Assembly (NCBI GenBank): GCA_039589315.1
Contig: JBDHHQ010000013.1
Location: forward strand, 1 to 64,000
DNA length: 64,000 nucleotides
Reading direction: 5' to 3'
DNA from: Gemmatimonadota bacterium
GTDB taxonomy: Bacteria; Gemmatimonadota; Gemmatimonadetes; Longimicrobiales; Gaopeijiaceae
The first letter of the stretch is position 1, and each line of letters starts with the position of its first letter. The translations under genes and the position numbers were made by a program. Shown here in pieces: positions 47,626 through 59,348 of this stretch. The notes beneath the pieces were generated by a model that made no database searches, was not told the origin of the DNA, and saw only the letters and a list, made by a program, of their open reading frames with translations.

Positions 47626-49874
47626 GACACCACCTCCTGCCAACGTCGCTCCGCTCGACGGCGTCGCCCGAGCACCCTGACGGCGCCGAAGACCACGAAG
47701 AGGAGTGGGATCCCGAGCAGGTTGCCCCACTTGAGGCCAGCTCGACTCAGCTCCGACCCGAACACCAACGGTGGCGGGCGCCGGTCCTTGGAACGGATCC
47801 CGATGAGCACCTCGTCCTGGGCCAACCAGTCGATGGCGTTGGCGGCGAAGGCCAGGTTCTGGGGATTGGCCCGTGCGAAGTCGTCCTCCAGGAAGTTCGC
47901 GTCCCCGACGACCAGCAGCCGGCCGACGCCAGTGATCTCTGCCTCGTCATCTGAAGCCCCTGCAGCAGTGGCATCTATGGCCACCGCGACCGTCTGCACC
48001 CCCAGCGACGCCGGATCTTCGGGCAGCGGCATGTCCGGCGTGATCGGGGCCCCGGCCGGCTGCACGCCTCCCGCCTCCGTGGTCTGCCACAACGGCACGG
48101 CAACGGTCGTGTCCGTCACCGTCAGGGGGCTCGCCCACCCCACCGTCAGATTGCCCAGGTCCCGGGTCGTCGCGTGATCCGCGCCGCGGAAGGTGATCGG
48201 CCAGAGGGGATACGACTGGACCAGCTGGAAGACGCCCTGCCTGCCCATGGAGATGCGCTCCGCCGACTGCAGGTCGTAGACGATCCCCTCGCCCACCTCC
48301 ACACCCCGTTCCTCCAGGAGGATCTCGAGGCCGGTGACCAGGGGTCGCGACGTGGGCATCTGTGGATTGATCTCCGTGCGCTCCACCAGGAACAAGGCTG
48401 CGCCCCCGTCATCCAGGTAGCTCTCGATCTGGGCCACCGCGCCTGCGTCCATCTCCTGCGTCGGAGCGGCCACGACTGCCACCAGGAAGCTGTCCACCGA
48501 GAGATCCGCGGTGGAATCGTTCTGAAGATCGACCGTGCGGATGTCATACTGCTCCGAGATCGCCTGGTGGAAGGCCTGGAACTGAAATGGGGAGCGGGCG
48601 CCGAAACCTCCGACGAACCCGAGCCTGGCCTTGTCCGTGTCCGCCATACCATGGATCGCCGAGGCGAGTCGGAATTCCAGGTCGTCGGTCCGGTCGATGA
48701 CGGGAATCACCTCGCGGCTATCCGCATAGAGGATGGCCAGTCCGAAGTAGCCGCGCCGCACCTGGAACTCGTCGTCCCGGAGCACGTTGAACTCGATGGG
48801 CGAGATGCCCAGGCTGGAGGCCTCTGCCTGGGCGTCCTCGTCGTCGTCCGGGTTCAGCGCCTCGACCCTGAGTCCTCCGTCGCTGACGCCGCGGAAGTCG
48901 GCAAGGAGGTCGCGCACGTCCCGGACGATGAGCTGAATCTCGGGGGGCAGCTGCCGGGAAACGAAGAGCTTGATGGTAACGAGATCGTCGATGTCCCGGA
49001 CGATCTGCCGGGTCCCCTCCGACAGCGTGTAGAGGCGGGCCGAGGTCAAGTCGAGGCGGCCCCGCACGTATCCCCCGAGGAGGTTGAGGACCACGACCGC
49101 CCCCGCGATCACCAGGGTCCCGATGCGCAGCCGTCCGTACGCCTCCCGCGATACGCTGAGACGCTCCCGGCTCACCATGGCGTAGGTGAGGAACAGGAAG
49201 AGGCCCGTGCCGGACGCGAAGTAGAGGACGTCTCGCAGGTCCACGACCCCGCGGGCGACGCTCTCGAAGTGAGCCATGACCGACAGGCGCGCCAACGCAC
49301 CGCCCAGGACCGGAGGCAGGCCGATGGACACCACCGGTAGTCCGATGAGGATCAGGGTGAGCGCGGCCGAGGCCGAAAGGATGAACGCGGTGATCTGGTT
49401 TCGGGTGACCGAAGATGCCCACAGGCCGAGGGAGACCAGGAGCGCGCTCAGGAGGGCGGCGCCGGCGTACTGCGCGACGAGTATGCCGGGATCCGCTTCG
49501 GAGACCAGCAGCACCCCGAGCCCCGTGGGCACGGTGGCAGCGAGGGTCACCAGCACGAAGAGCCAGTTGCCCAGGAACTTGCCGGCCACGACCTCGCCCT
49601 CACCGACCGGGTGGGCGAGTAGCCACTCCAGGGTGCCGGAGCGCTTCTCCTCCGACAAGCTCCGCATCGTGATGGCGGGAATGAAGACGGTGAAGAGCCA
49701 CGGGAGCAAGGCGAAGAAGGGGCGGAGGGTCCCGATGCCGGCCGCGTACAGGGAGCGGAACGCCAGGAACAGCCCCAACGCCAGGAAGGCGACGATCAGG
49801 ACGTACGCCGTGGGGTGATCGAAGAAGCCCCGCAGCTCCTGGCGGGCGACATGCCACACGCCACGCCGACTCAT
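47622..49874 (-). CDS. GldF-GldG-like fused ABC permease/auxiliary component
   Basis: PAITMRSLSEEKRSGTLEWL; S.T.NQI.AFI; RLDLT...LYTLS.GT; N...WL...E.LI.IRSK. Confidence 0.88.
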   Translation of the reverse strand: MSRRGVWHVARQELRGFFDHPTAYVLIVAFLALGLFLAFRSLYAAGIGTLRPFFALLPWLFTVFIPAITMRSLSEEKRSGTLEWLLAHPVGEGEVVAGKFLGNWLFVLVTLAATVPTGLGVLLVSEADPGILVAQYAGAALLSALLVSLGLWASSVTRNQITAFILSASAALTLILIGLPVVSIGLPPVLGGALARLSVMAHFESVARGVVDLRDVLYFASGTGLFLFLTYAMVSRERLSVSREAYGRLRIGTLVIAGAVVVLNLLGGYVRGRLDLTSARLYTLSEGTRQIVRDIDDLVTIKLFVSRQLPPEIQLIVRDVRDLLADFRGVSDGGLRVEALNPDDDEDAQAEASSLGISPIEFNVLRDDEFQVRRGYFGLAILYADSREVIPVIDRTDDLEFRLASAIHGMADTDKARLGFVGGFGARSPFQFQAFHQAISEQYDIRTVDLQNDSTADLSVDSFLVAVVAAPTQEMDAGAVAQIESYLDDGGAALFLVERTEINPQMPTSRPLVTGLEILLEERGVEVGEGIVYDLQSAERISMGRQGVFQLVQSYPLWPITFRGADHATTRDLGNLTVGWASPLTVTDTTVAVPLWQTTEAGGVQPAGAPITPDMPLPEDPASLGVQTVAVAIDATAAGASDDEAEITGVGRLLVVGDANFLEDDFARANPQNLAFAANAIDWLAQDEVLIGIRSKDRRPPPLVFGSELSRAGLKWGNLLGIPLLFVVFGAVRVLGRRRRAERRWQEVVS

Positions 49875-50884
49875 CGATCACCTCCCTCGTCGACGGGTGA
49901 CGCCGCGTCCGGCGCATGCGCGGCATGAGCGTCACCGCCTGGGGCGTCCGTCTCTCCGTCCTCGTCGGAGACGGTCAGCTGGCGGAACAGGTCCTCGAGG
50001 CTCGCCCGCTCGCGGTGGAGCTCCCACAGCGTCCACCCTCGGTCCCTGGCCAGGTTGAACACCTGGGGGCCGAGCTGTTCGGTGCCGGAGGCGGACAGCC
50101 GGACCCGCACGCGCCCGCTCAGTGGCTCGACCTCGTGGCTGTCCACGCCCGGGAGCGACGCGAGTCCCTGCGCCACGCCCTCCCCCTCGGCCTCCACGGT
50201 GTAGATCGACGCTCCGGCCTGGTCGGACAGGAGGTCTGTCACGTCGCCGTCGGCGACCAGGGCGCCGCGATTCACGATCAGCAGTCGTTTGCAGGTGGCT
50301 TCCACCTCCTGCATCACGTGCGTGCTCAGGAGGACGGTTCGCTCCTGGCCCAGGCTGCCCACCAGACGGCGGATCTCGACCCTCTGATTCGGATCGAGCC
50401 CTTCCGTAGGCTCGTCCAGGATCAGGATCTCGGGCCGGTGCAGGATGGCCGCGGCCAAGCCGACCCGCTGCCGATAGCCCTTCGACAGCTCCGAGATGGG
50501 GCGATAGAAGACCGTGCTCAGAGCCGTCTCGTCCACGGCGTCCGCCACCGCCAGGCGGAGCGTGGCCCCCTCGATCTCCCTCAGGCGTCCCGCGAAATCG
50601 AGGTACTCGCAAACGAGCATCTCCTCGTACAGCGGATTCGACTCGGGAAGATAGCCCACACGTCTCTGGGCGTCGGCCAGGCCATCGGAAATCGGCACAC
50701 CATCGAAGAGCACCCGCCCTTCGTCGGGCTCCAGCGTACCGGTGAGCATCCGCATGGTCGTCGTCTTCCCGGCACCGTTGGGACCCAGGAAGCCCACGAC
50801 CTCGCCTCGGTCGATGTCGAAGCTCAGGCGGTCCACGGCCGTCAGTGGCCCAAACCGCTTGGTCACGCCTTCGACAGAGATCAT
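49871..50884 (-). CDS. ABC transporter ATP-binding protein (GldA-like)
   Basis: GPNGAGKTT; LSKGYRQRVGLA; ILDEPT; LSTH. Confidence 0.95.
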   Translation of the reverse strand: MISVEGVTKRFGPLTAVDRLSFDIDRGEVVGFLGPNGAGKTTTMRMLTGTLEPDEGRVLFDGVPISDGLADAQRRVGYLPESNPLYEEMLVCEYLDFAGRLREIEGATLRLAVADAVDETALSTVFYRPISELSKGYRQRVGLAAAILHRPEILILDEPTEGLDPNQRVEIRRLVGSLGQERTVLLSTHVMQEVEATCKRLLIVNRGALVADGDVTDLLSDQAGASIYTVEAEGEGVAQGLASLPGVDSHEVEPLSGRVRVRLSASGTEQLGPQVFNLARDRGWTLWELHRERASLEDLFRQLTVSDEDGETDAPGGDAHAAHAPDAASPVDEGGDR

Positions 50885-50906
50885 CGCTCCTCCACTTCAT
50901 GGCACG

Positions 50907-50941
50907 AAAAAAGCGCGCCGCCCTCGTTGTGAAGCGACGCG
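50907..50941 (-). terminator. Intrinsic terminator in the 5' leader of the ABC operon
   Basis: Minus strand CGCGTCGCTTC-ACAAC-GAGGGCGGCGCG-C-TTTTTT, ending about 22 nt before the ATG. Confidence 0.65.
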
Positions 50942-51053
50942 ACGAGTGGCCCAATCTGACGGGGACGGCTGCTCCGTCGCGTCGAGTCAGTACGTGCGAT
51001 GCGCAGCGGATCCAACCCCCTCGCACCGTCGTGATTTGGTCCGAAACGCCCGG

Positions 51054-51082
51054 ATTCTATTCGCGGCCTACAGGTCTGTCCA
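51054..51082 (-). promoter_or_regulatory. Sigma70-type promoter for the ABC operon leader
   Basis: Minus strand TGGACA-17 nt-TAGAAT. Confidence 0.65.
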
Positions 51083-51273
51083 GTGGGGTGCGCCCGAAGC
51101 CGGACCACCCCTTCGATTCGGCGCACGCCTCTTCCGTTGCCTGGCCGCGGGCGCCTCAAGCGACCGGGACCGCGAAGGTCAACCCGTACGTGCACAGCCC
51201 CTGTGGCGGACCGAAGTTGTTGCGCCGAGCGCCGGCGATGCGCCGGCTCGGGCGGGGCTGCAAGGGGGCGTCG

Positions 51274-52551
51274 TCAGGGATGGGGGCGCTTGAACACCTC
51301 ACCGCCCCGCATGACGAACGTGACGCGCTGGGTCGCCGTGATGTCGTCCAGCGGGTTCCCGTCGAGGGCCACCAGGTCCGCGAGGCGCCCCGCCTCGATC
51401 ACGCCCCGGTCACGGACGCCCAACAGGTCGGCGGCGTACAGGGTCGCCGAGCGAAGCGCCTCGAGCTCGTCCATCCCTCGCTTCTGCACGAGCGTCACGA
51501 ACTCTCCCGCATTCTGGCCGTGAGGGTAGACGCCGGCATCGGTGCCGAACGCGATCTTCACGCCGGCCTCCACCGCCCGGGTCACGCTCGCCACCGCCAG
51601 AGGCAGCACCTCCGCCGCCTTGGCCCGAATGGGCGCCGGCAGGGCATCCATGTCGATCTCCTCGACCAGGTAGGTGGTGGGGACCAGGTAGGTGCCATGC
51701 TCCTTCATGAGCTGCATCGCCTCGTCGTCCAGAACCGAGCCGTGCTCGATGGAGGCGACACCCGCCCGGACGGCGGCCTTGATGCCGTCCCCGCCGTGGG
51801 CGTGGGCGGCCACCCTGACACCGTGGCGCGCCGCCTCGTCCACCATGGCCCGGAGCTCCTCGTACGTGTACTGCTGGGCCCCGACGGGACCCTCGAAGGA
51901 CAGCACGCCCGCTGTGGCGCACGTCTTGATCACCTTGGCGCCGTGCTTGATCTGGTAGCGGACCGCCTTCAGGACCTCGTCCACGCCGTCGGCCACGCCG
52001 TCCGTCCAGTCGTTCTCGAGGACGCCCGGCTTCCATCCCGTCGCGTCGCAGTGGCCGCCGGTGATGCCCAGCGCGTTCCGGGACGGGAAAACCCAGGGGG
52101 CGTCCGCCTCACCCCGTTCAACGGCGCGCTGCAGGGCCACAGTCACGTCACCGCCGAAATCGCGGACGGTCGTGAAGCCCGCCAGCAGGGTCTTCTCGCC
52201 GTAGAACGCGGCCTTGAAGGCAGACTCGGACTCGAGCATGCGCACCGGCGCGGTGAACATCTCCGGGCTGACCTGTCCGGCGAGGTGCGTATGCAGGTCC
52301 ATGAAGCCCGGCACGAGCGTCGCCGCGCCGAGGTCGACCTCCTCGGCGGCGGAGGGGAGGCTTCCCGGATTCACCGATTCGATGGTTCGGCCCCGCACGA
52401 CGACCACGGGGTCGCTGATCATCTCGCCCGAGACCACGTCGAGCATCCGGGCGGCGCGGAGCACGATCGGCGTGGCATCCTGACCCCACGACGGTGCGGG
52501 AAGAGCCAGGACCAGGAGGAGGAGCGCCAGCGTCAGGCGAGGGTGTGTCAT
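51274..52551 (-). CDS. Exported amidohydrolase-family protein (Xaa-Pro dipeptidase-like)
   Basis: PGFMDLHTH; AGFTTVRD; TGGH.D; AAHAHG; SIEHG; FGTDAG; GRLADLVA. Confidence 0.92.
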   Translation of the reverse strand: MTHPRLTLALLLLVLALPAPSWGQDATPIVLRAARMLDVVSGEMISDPVVVVRGRTIESVNPGSLPSAAEEVDLGAATLVPGFMDLHTHLAGQVSPEMFTAPVRMLESESAFKAAFYGEKTLLAGFTTVRDFGGDVTVALQRAVERGEADAPWVFPSRNALGITGGHCDATGWKPGVLENDWTDGVADGVDEVLKAVRYQIKHGAKVIKTCATAGVLSFEGPVGAQQYTYEELRAMVDEAARHGVRVAAHAHGGDGIKAAVRAGVASIEHGSVLDDEAMQLMKEHGTYLVPTTYLVEEIDMDALPAPIRAKAAEVLPLAVASVTRAVEAGVKIAFGTDAGVYPHGQNAGEFVTLVQKRGMDELEALRSATLYAADLLGVRDRGVIEAGRLADLVALDGNPLDDITATQRVTFVMRGGEVFKRPHP

Positions 52552-52750
52552 GCGGACCTTCCGTGCGGATCAGACAGTGGGTGAGATGACGAACGAGCGA
52601 GGCAAAGCCTTGGGGGGTAGCCCGGGACCCGAGTCCCTGAGGCCGGCTTCACCTCGCTCGCCGTCAATAGGCAAGGTAGGTTTCGCGGACGATCTCGTCT
52701 AGTCGGCCTTGCCCGACCAAGCCATTCGCCTGCGAGTCGAGAACGCTCCG

Positions 52751-55046
<2,296 letters not shown>

Positions 55047-55065
55047 CCCGCCGTCCTCGGCCCGC

Positions 55066-56214
55066 TCACGCGAACACTGCGCCGGCCGCGATGCGCCAAC
55101 GGGGCAGCGTGTCCCTGCGCACCCTCACGTCGCCCTCCTTGGGCGCGGTGAGGATCACCTGCCCGGTTTCCTCGCGCTCGATGAGCTCCAGAATCCGCGC
55201 ACTCCGACCCGCATCGAGCTCCGCGAATACGTCATCCATGAGCACCACCGGCTCCTGTCCCCGAGCCGTCCGGATGGTCTCGGCCTCGGTCAAGCGTAGC
55301 GCCAGCGCGGCCGTGCGTCGCTGCCCCCCGGAGCCGTAATCCCGAAGATCTATCTCGCCGCCCTCCGTGAAGAGCGTGAGACGGAGGTCGTCCCGGTGCG
55401 GACCCACGACCGTGTTGCCCATTCTCCGCTCTCGATCCGCGGCGGCGCAAAGCGCCTCGCGGAAGCGCGCCTGGACCTCCTCCTGATCGGGCGGCTCCAC
55501 GGCTCCCGGCTCTGTCGCATCGCCCAACGGTACACCGGAGTGATGCGTCATCCGACATCGTTGTCCCCCGGATATGCTCTCGTAATACCGGCCGAACGTT
55601 TCAGCCCACCGGGCCACCCAGGCCCAACGGGCCCGTGACACCGTCGTGCCTGAACGGATCAATGGCTCGTCCCAGACTTGTACCAACGCCGCCGGCTGCT
55701 CCCTCTTCAACGTCGCGTTCCTCTGTGCCAGGACATGACGATACCGCTGAAGGGCCTCGAGGTAGCCCTGTCGGTTCAGCGAAAGGACGATGTCCAGGAA
55801 GCGGCGCCGGGCCCCCGGCCCGCCGTTCACCAGCGCCACGTCGGCCGGGGAGAAGATGACCGCCGCCAGCCTGCCCAGTGCATCGCCGATGCGCTCCGTC
55901 TCCACCCCATCCACTGTGACCTTCTTCCGCCTTCCCCTCCGTTGGAACGCGGCCGTGACCTCCACAGGCCGATCCGCGGCGACCTGCGGCTGAAGCGAGG
56001 CGGCTACGTGGAACGCCTCGGCGCCGAAGCCCACGAGCTGCTCGTCCCTTCCGCCGCGAAAGGACCGAAAGGTCTCCAGATAGTAGATCGACTCCAGGAG
56101 GTTCGACTTCCCCTGAGCGTTTTCTCCGACGATCGCCGCTCCCTCCGGCGGAAAGAACAGCTCCTGTCTTCCCAGATTGCGGAAGTCGCGGAGCGAGAGC
56201 CGGCTCAAGTGCAC
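55066..56214 (-). CDS. recF: DNA replication and repair protein RecF
   Basis: L.DFRN; GENAQGKSNLLE; G.P..RRRFLD; GPHRDD; SGGQ; MDDVFAELD. Start taken at GTG 56214. Confidence 0.95.
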   Translation of the reverse strand: MHLSRLSLRDFRNLGRQELFFPPEGAAIVGENAQGKSNLLESIYYLETFRSFRGGRDEQLVGFGAEAFHVAASLQPQVAADRPVEVTAAFQRRGRRKKVTVDGVETERIGDALGRLAAVIFSPADVALVNGGPGARRRFLDIVLSLNRQGYLEALQRYRHVLAQRNATLKREQPAALVQVWDEPLIRSGTTVSRARWAWVARWAETFGRYYESISGGQRCRMTHHSGVPLGDATEPGAVEPPDQEEVQARFREALCAAADRERRMGNTVVGPHRDDLRLTLFTEGGEIDLRDYGSGGQRRTAALALRLTEAETIRTARGQEPVVLMDDVFAELDAGRSARILELIEREETGQVILTAPKEGDVRVRRDTLPRWRIAAGAVFA

Positions 56215-56340
56215 CGGAAGCGGGTCGGAGAATGCCGGAAAAGCATGAGGGAATTTAGTCACTTCGAGGCGATCGCGCTACCCCGACGGGGCGCGGAAAG
56301 CTCAACAATGACAACGATTTTGGGCGTTTTGCGGATCGGA

Positions 56341-56799
56341 CTAGCGGATCAGCGTGCTTACCGAGTCGACGGAGATCCTGCTGCCCTGGAGATCGTGGAT
56401 TTCGAGAAGGAGAGTCACGCCCGTCGCCTCCCGAAACTGATCAGGCTGCCCGCGGACGAAGACGGCCGTCGGCGGGCTCTCGTCGATCGTGAACTCGGTG
56501 ACGTGGAACGGCTGCGACCCGGCGTATTCCTCGTAGTCGAGGAAGGCCAGGAGCCGCAGCTCGAGGCCGGTCGGGAAGTTCCCCGCATAGGTGACCTGGA
56601 CGCCAGACCCGGAGATCCACACGTCGGTGAAGAAGACCTGATCCCGCTGGGGGTGGGTGATGAACACCAGCGGTGGGCCATTGGGGTCGCGCTGTTCTTC
56701 CTCGACCCCGGTGAGGGGCCGGGTCCTACCTTCGACGCAGGCGCCCGCCGCGAGTGCCAAGGTGACGACCGTACCCGTGAGAATCCAGTTGCAGCGCAT
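56341..56799 (-). CDS. Lipoprotein of unknown function
   Basis: Lipobox AGAC; beta-rich domain. Confidence 0.7.
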   Translation of the reverse strand: MRCNWILTGTVVTLALAAGACVEGRTRPLTGVEEEQRDPNGPPLVFITHPQRDQVFFTDVWISGSGVQVTYAGNFPTGLELRLLAFLDYEEYAGSQPFHVTEFTIDESPPTAVFVRGQPDQFREATGVTLLLEIHDLQGSRISVDSVSTLIR

Positions 56800-56838
56800 C
56801 CTGCAGTACTTCCCATCTGTGCCGCCGCGAGGGGCGAC

Positions 56839-57624
56839 TCAGCGACCTTGGAACTCCGGCTTCCGCTTCTCCGAAAAGGCGCCCATGCCTTCCTTCATGT
56901 CCTCGGTCGACGCGAGGACGCCGAACAGGGTCGACTCGAAGTTGAGCGCGTCGGCCATCGAAGTGTCCAGCGCGTGATACACCGATTCGAGCGCCATGCG
57001 CACCGCGATCGGGCCATTCCTGGTGACGCGGCGCATGCGCTTCGTCGCCTGCTCGAGCAGCGACTCCCTAGACACTACGGCTGTCACCAACCCCAGCCCC
57101 AGTGCCTCTTCCGCGTCGATCATGCCGCCCGTCAGCGTGAGCTCCACCGCCCGACCCAGGCCGACCACTCGGGCCAAACGGATGGTACCCCCGTACCCGG
57201 GGATGATCCCCAGGCCAACCTCAGGCAGGCCCAGCTTGGCGTTGTCCGAGGCGATGCGGAGGTGGCACGCCAGCGCCAACTCCAGCCCTCCACCCAGGGC
57301 GAAGCCTCCGATGGCGGCCATGACGGGCACGGAAAACCGCTCGATCATGAGGAAGATCTGCTGACCCTCACGGCTGATCCTCACGGCCCCCAGGCTGTCC
57401 ATCTGAGAGAGGACGCCGATGTCGGCGCCCGCCACGAAGGACTTCTCTCCGGCCCCGGTGATGATCACCCCCCGGAGGTCGGCGTCCCTGGCCAGGTCGT
57501 CGAAGGCCCGTCCGAGCTGGCTGAAGACGTCTGAGTTGAGGGCGTTCAGCTTGTCCTGCCGATCGATCACGACGATGGCCAGCTCTTCGTCCCGCTCGAC
57601 CCGGACGTAGGTGGTGTCGCTCAA
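56839..57624 (-). CDS. Enoyl-CoA hydratase/crotonase family
   Basis: KLNALN; FVAGADI; ALGGGLELALAC; PEVGLGIIPGYGGT; EKRKP.F.G. Start taken at TTG 57624 with GGAG upstream. Confidence 0.93.
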   Translation of the reverse strand: MSDTTYVRVERDEELAIVVIDRQDKLNALNSDVFSQLGRAFDDLARDADLRGVIITGAGEKSFVAGADIGVLSQMDSLGAVRISREGQQIFLMIERFSVPVMAAIGGFALGGGLELALACHLRIASDNAKLGLPEVGLGIIPGYGGTIRLARVVGLGRAVELTLTGGMIDAEEALGLGLVTAVVSRESLLEQATKRMRRVTRNGPIAVRMALESVYHALDTSMADALNFESTLFGVLASTEDMKEGMGAFSEKRKPEFQGR

Positions 57625-57815
57625 GGTTTGGAGCTCCGTGGCAAGGGGTTTTCGGAAGGCGCCCTGACGGGGCACGACGGGAAACGTAGTCACGCTGAAG
57701 CCTCGGCGCGACGGGCCCCGGCCGCCATGGCGTGCGACTTGAGCCCGCGGTACGTTCTGCCGGGTTCGGAAAGAGAAACCGGCCGATCGAGGTCCAACGC
57801 GGAGCAGGAAGAACC

Positions 57816-58247
57816 ATGAGCCGTTCCCTCAACAAAGTGATGCTGATCGGAAACGTCGGCAGCGAACCCGAAGTCCGGGCCACCGCCTCGGGTGCGCGCG
57901 TCGCCAAGGTGTCCCTGGCCACCAACCGGAGCTTTCAGGATCGGTCGGGGCAGACCCAGGAGCGGACCGAGTGGCATCGCCTGACGTTCTTCGGTCGTCT
58001 GGCCGACATCGTCGAGCAGTACGTGCGGAAGGGAGACCGACTCTACGCCGAGGGACGTATCGAGTACTCTCAGACGCAGGACGACAAGGGCGGCACCCGG
58101 TATTGGACGGACATCGTGGTCAACGAGATGGTGATGCTGGGCTCCTCCGGGACGGAGGGTGGCGGTGGCTACGCCAGCCGTCCAGTCGCAGAGCCCCAGA
58201 GCGCATCGACTCCCCTGAGCCAGCCCGACGACGACCTGCCCTTCTAG
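57816..58247 (+). CDS. ssb: Single-stranded DNA-binding protein
   Basis: SLNKVMLIGN; ATN; TEWHR; C-terminal DDDLPF. Confidence 0.97.
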   Translation: MSRSLNKVMLIGNVGSEPEVRATASGARVAKVSLATNRSFQDRSGQTQERTEWHRLTFFGRLADIVEQYVRKGDRLYAEGRIEYSQTQDDKGGTRYWTDIVVNEMVMLGSSGTEGGGGYASRPVAEPQSASTPLSQPDDDLPF

Positions 58248-58312
58248 TTACCACGCTAGCGCCTGGGGAGCTCCGGTGCGGGCTTCATCCGCCAGCGTAG
58301 CGCCTCGACCCC

Positions 58313-59227
58313 CTACGTTCCACCTTCGGGGGCCGCGCTCCGTACGGGAGGCAAGGAGCGCAGGTACGCCCAGACTGCCGCGAGCTCCACAGCCGTCATC
58401 TCGGCCGTGTTCCTCCACGGCATGACCGGGTCGATGGCGCTGCCGTCCGGCCGCGTGCCCTCTCGAAGCGCCCGGACGAAGTCGTCCTGACTCCAGGGAC
58501 CGAGGCCCGTCTCGGGGTCTGGAGTGAGGTTCGGCGCGGCGGGCCAGTCCAGGGGTGCGCCGCCAATGATCCCGCCACCCAGGTCCGGCCCGTGGCACCG
58601 CTTACATCCGCTGGCCAGGTACGCACCGTACTCGACGGTGGGCCCCGGGGCCGGAGCCCTGGGCCTGGGCGCCTCGTGGTCGATGAGCTCTGCGGGGACC
58701 AGATCCAGACGGCCGGTCGCGAAGAGGAACCGTCCCAGACCGCGGATCAGGAGCGACGGCTGCGAGGCGTCCACCGGCGGTACGGACTGCACGTAGCCCA
58801 GCAGGGCGGACAGGTCTTCGTCCGACAACACCCAGTAGTCGTGTGAGGGCATGTACACCAGGGGCAGCAGGTCAGGACCGACGCCATGGCGAATCGCCCG
58901 GACCCAGTCCTGGGGACCGTAGCGGGCGGCAATCCCACCGCTACCCGCCGTCAGATTGGGGGCCACGAGGCGCATGGGCGGCGCGTCTGCGACCACGGTC
59001 CCCGCGAGATCCTCCCCGTGGCAGTCGAAGCAGCCCCAGATCCGGGCCACGTGAGCGCCACGCTCTCGCCGATCGGGATCGACCGTCACGTTCAACTGCC
59101 GTGCCGGCACGTCGTAGGCCCGGGAGAAACGGCGCTCGGTGGTGAGATACACCCACGAGACCATGGCGAGCACGGCGACAACGGCCAACAACACCGCCGA
59201 GATCAGCCCGCTGACTAGTCGCCCCAA
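58313..59227 (-). CDS. Membrane-anchored diheme cytochrome c
   Basis: CFDCH and CKRCH; duplicated APNLT; MP axial-Met motifs. Confidence 0.9.
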   Translation of the reverse strand: MGRLVSGLISAVLLAVVAVLAMVSWVYLTTERRFSRAYDVPARQLNVTVDPDRRERGAHVARIWGCFDCHGEDLAGTVVADAPPMRLVAPNLTAGSGGIAARYGPQDWVRAIRHGVGPDLLPLVYMPSHDYWVLSDEDLSALLGYVQSVPPVDASQPSLLIRGLGRFLFATGRLDLVPAELIDHEAPRPRAPAPGPTVEYGAYLASGCKRCHGPDLGGGIIGGAPLDWPAAPNLTPDPETGLGPWSQDDFVRALREGTRPDGSAIDPVMPWRNTAEMTAVELAAVWAYLRSLPPVRSAAPEGGT

Positions 59228-59348
59228 TCCGGCCTCCCGACACGGAACCAGTGCTCACGGCCGCCCCCGGGTCGGAGCGGCTCAGTGGTGGAATTGACGG
59301 GGTCCCCCGCCTCAGGCACAAGGGTGCGCACGACGAGGCGGTTTTCGG

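Noticed and set aside
46693..50884. Gliding-motility system
   Set aside because: Only GldA/F/G-like ABC components are present, which occur widely; no gldK-N or spr genes in the window.
57750..57768. GTTC direct repeat upstream of ssb as a LexA box
   Set aside because: Spacing is N6 rather than the N7 of alphaproteobacterial boxes, and it does not match the 45210 motif.
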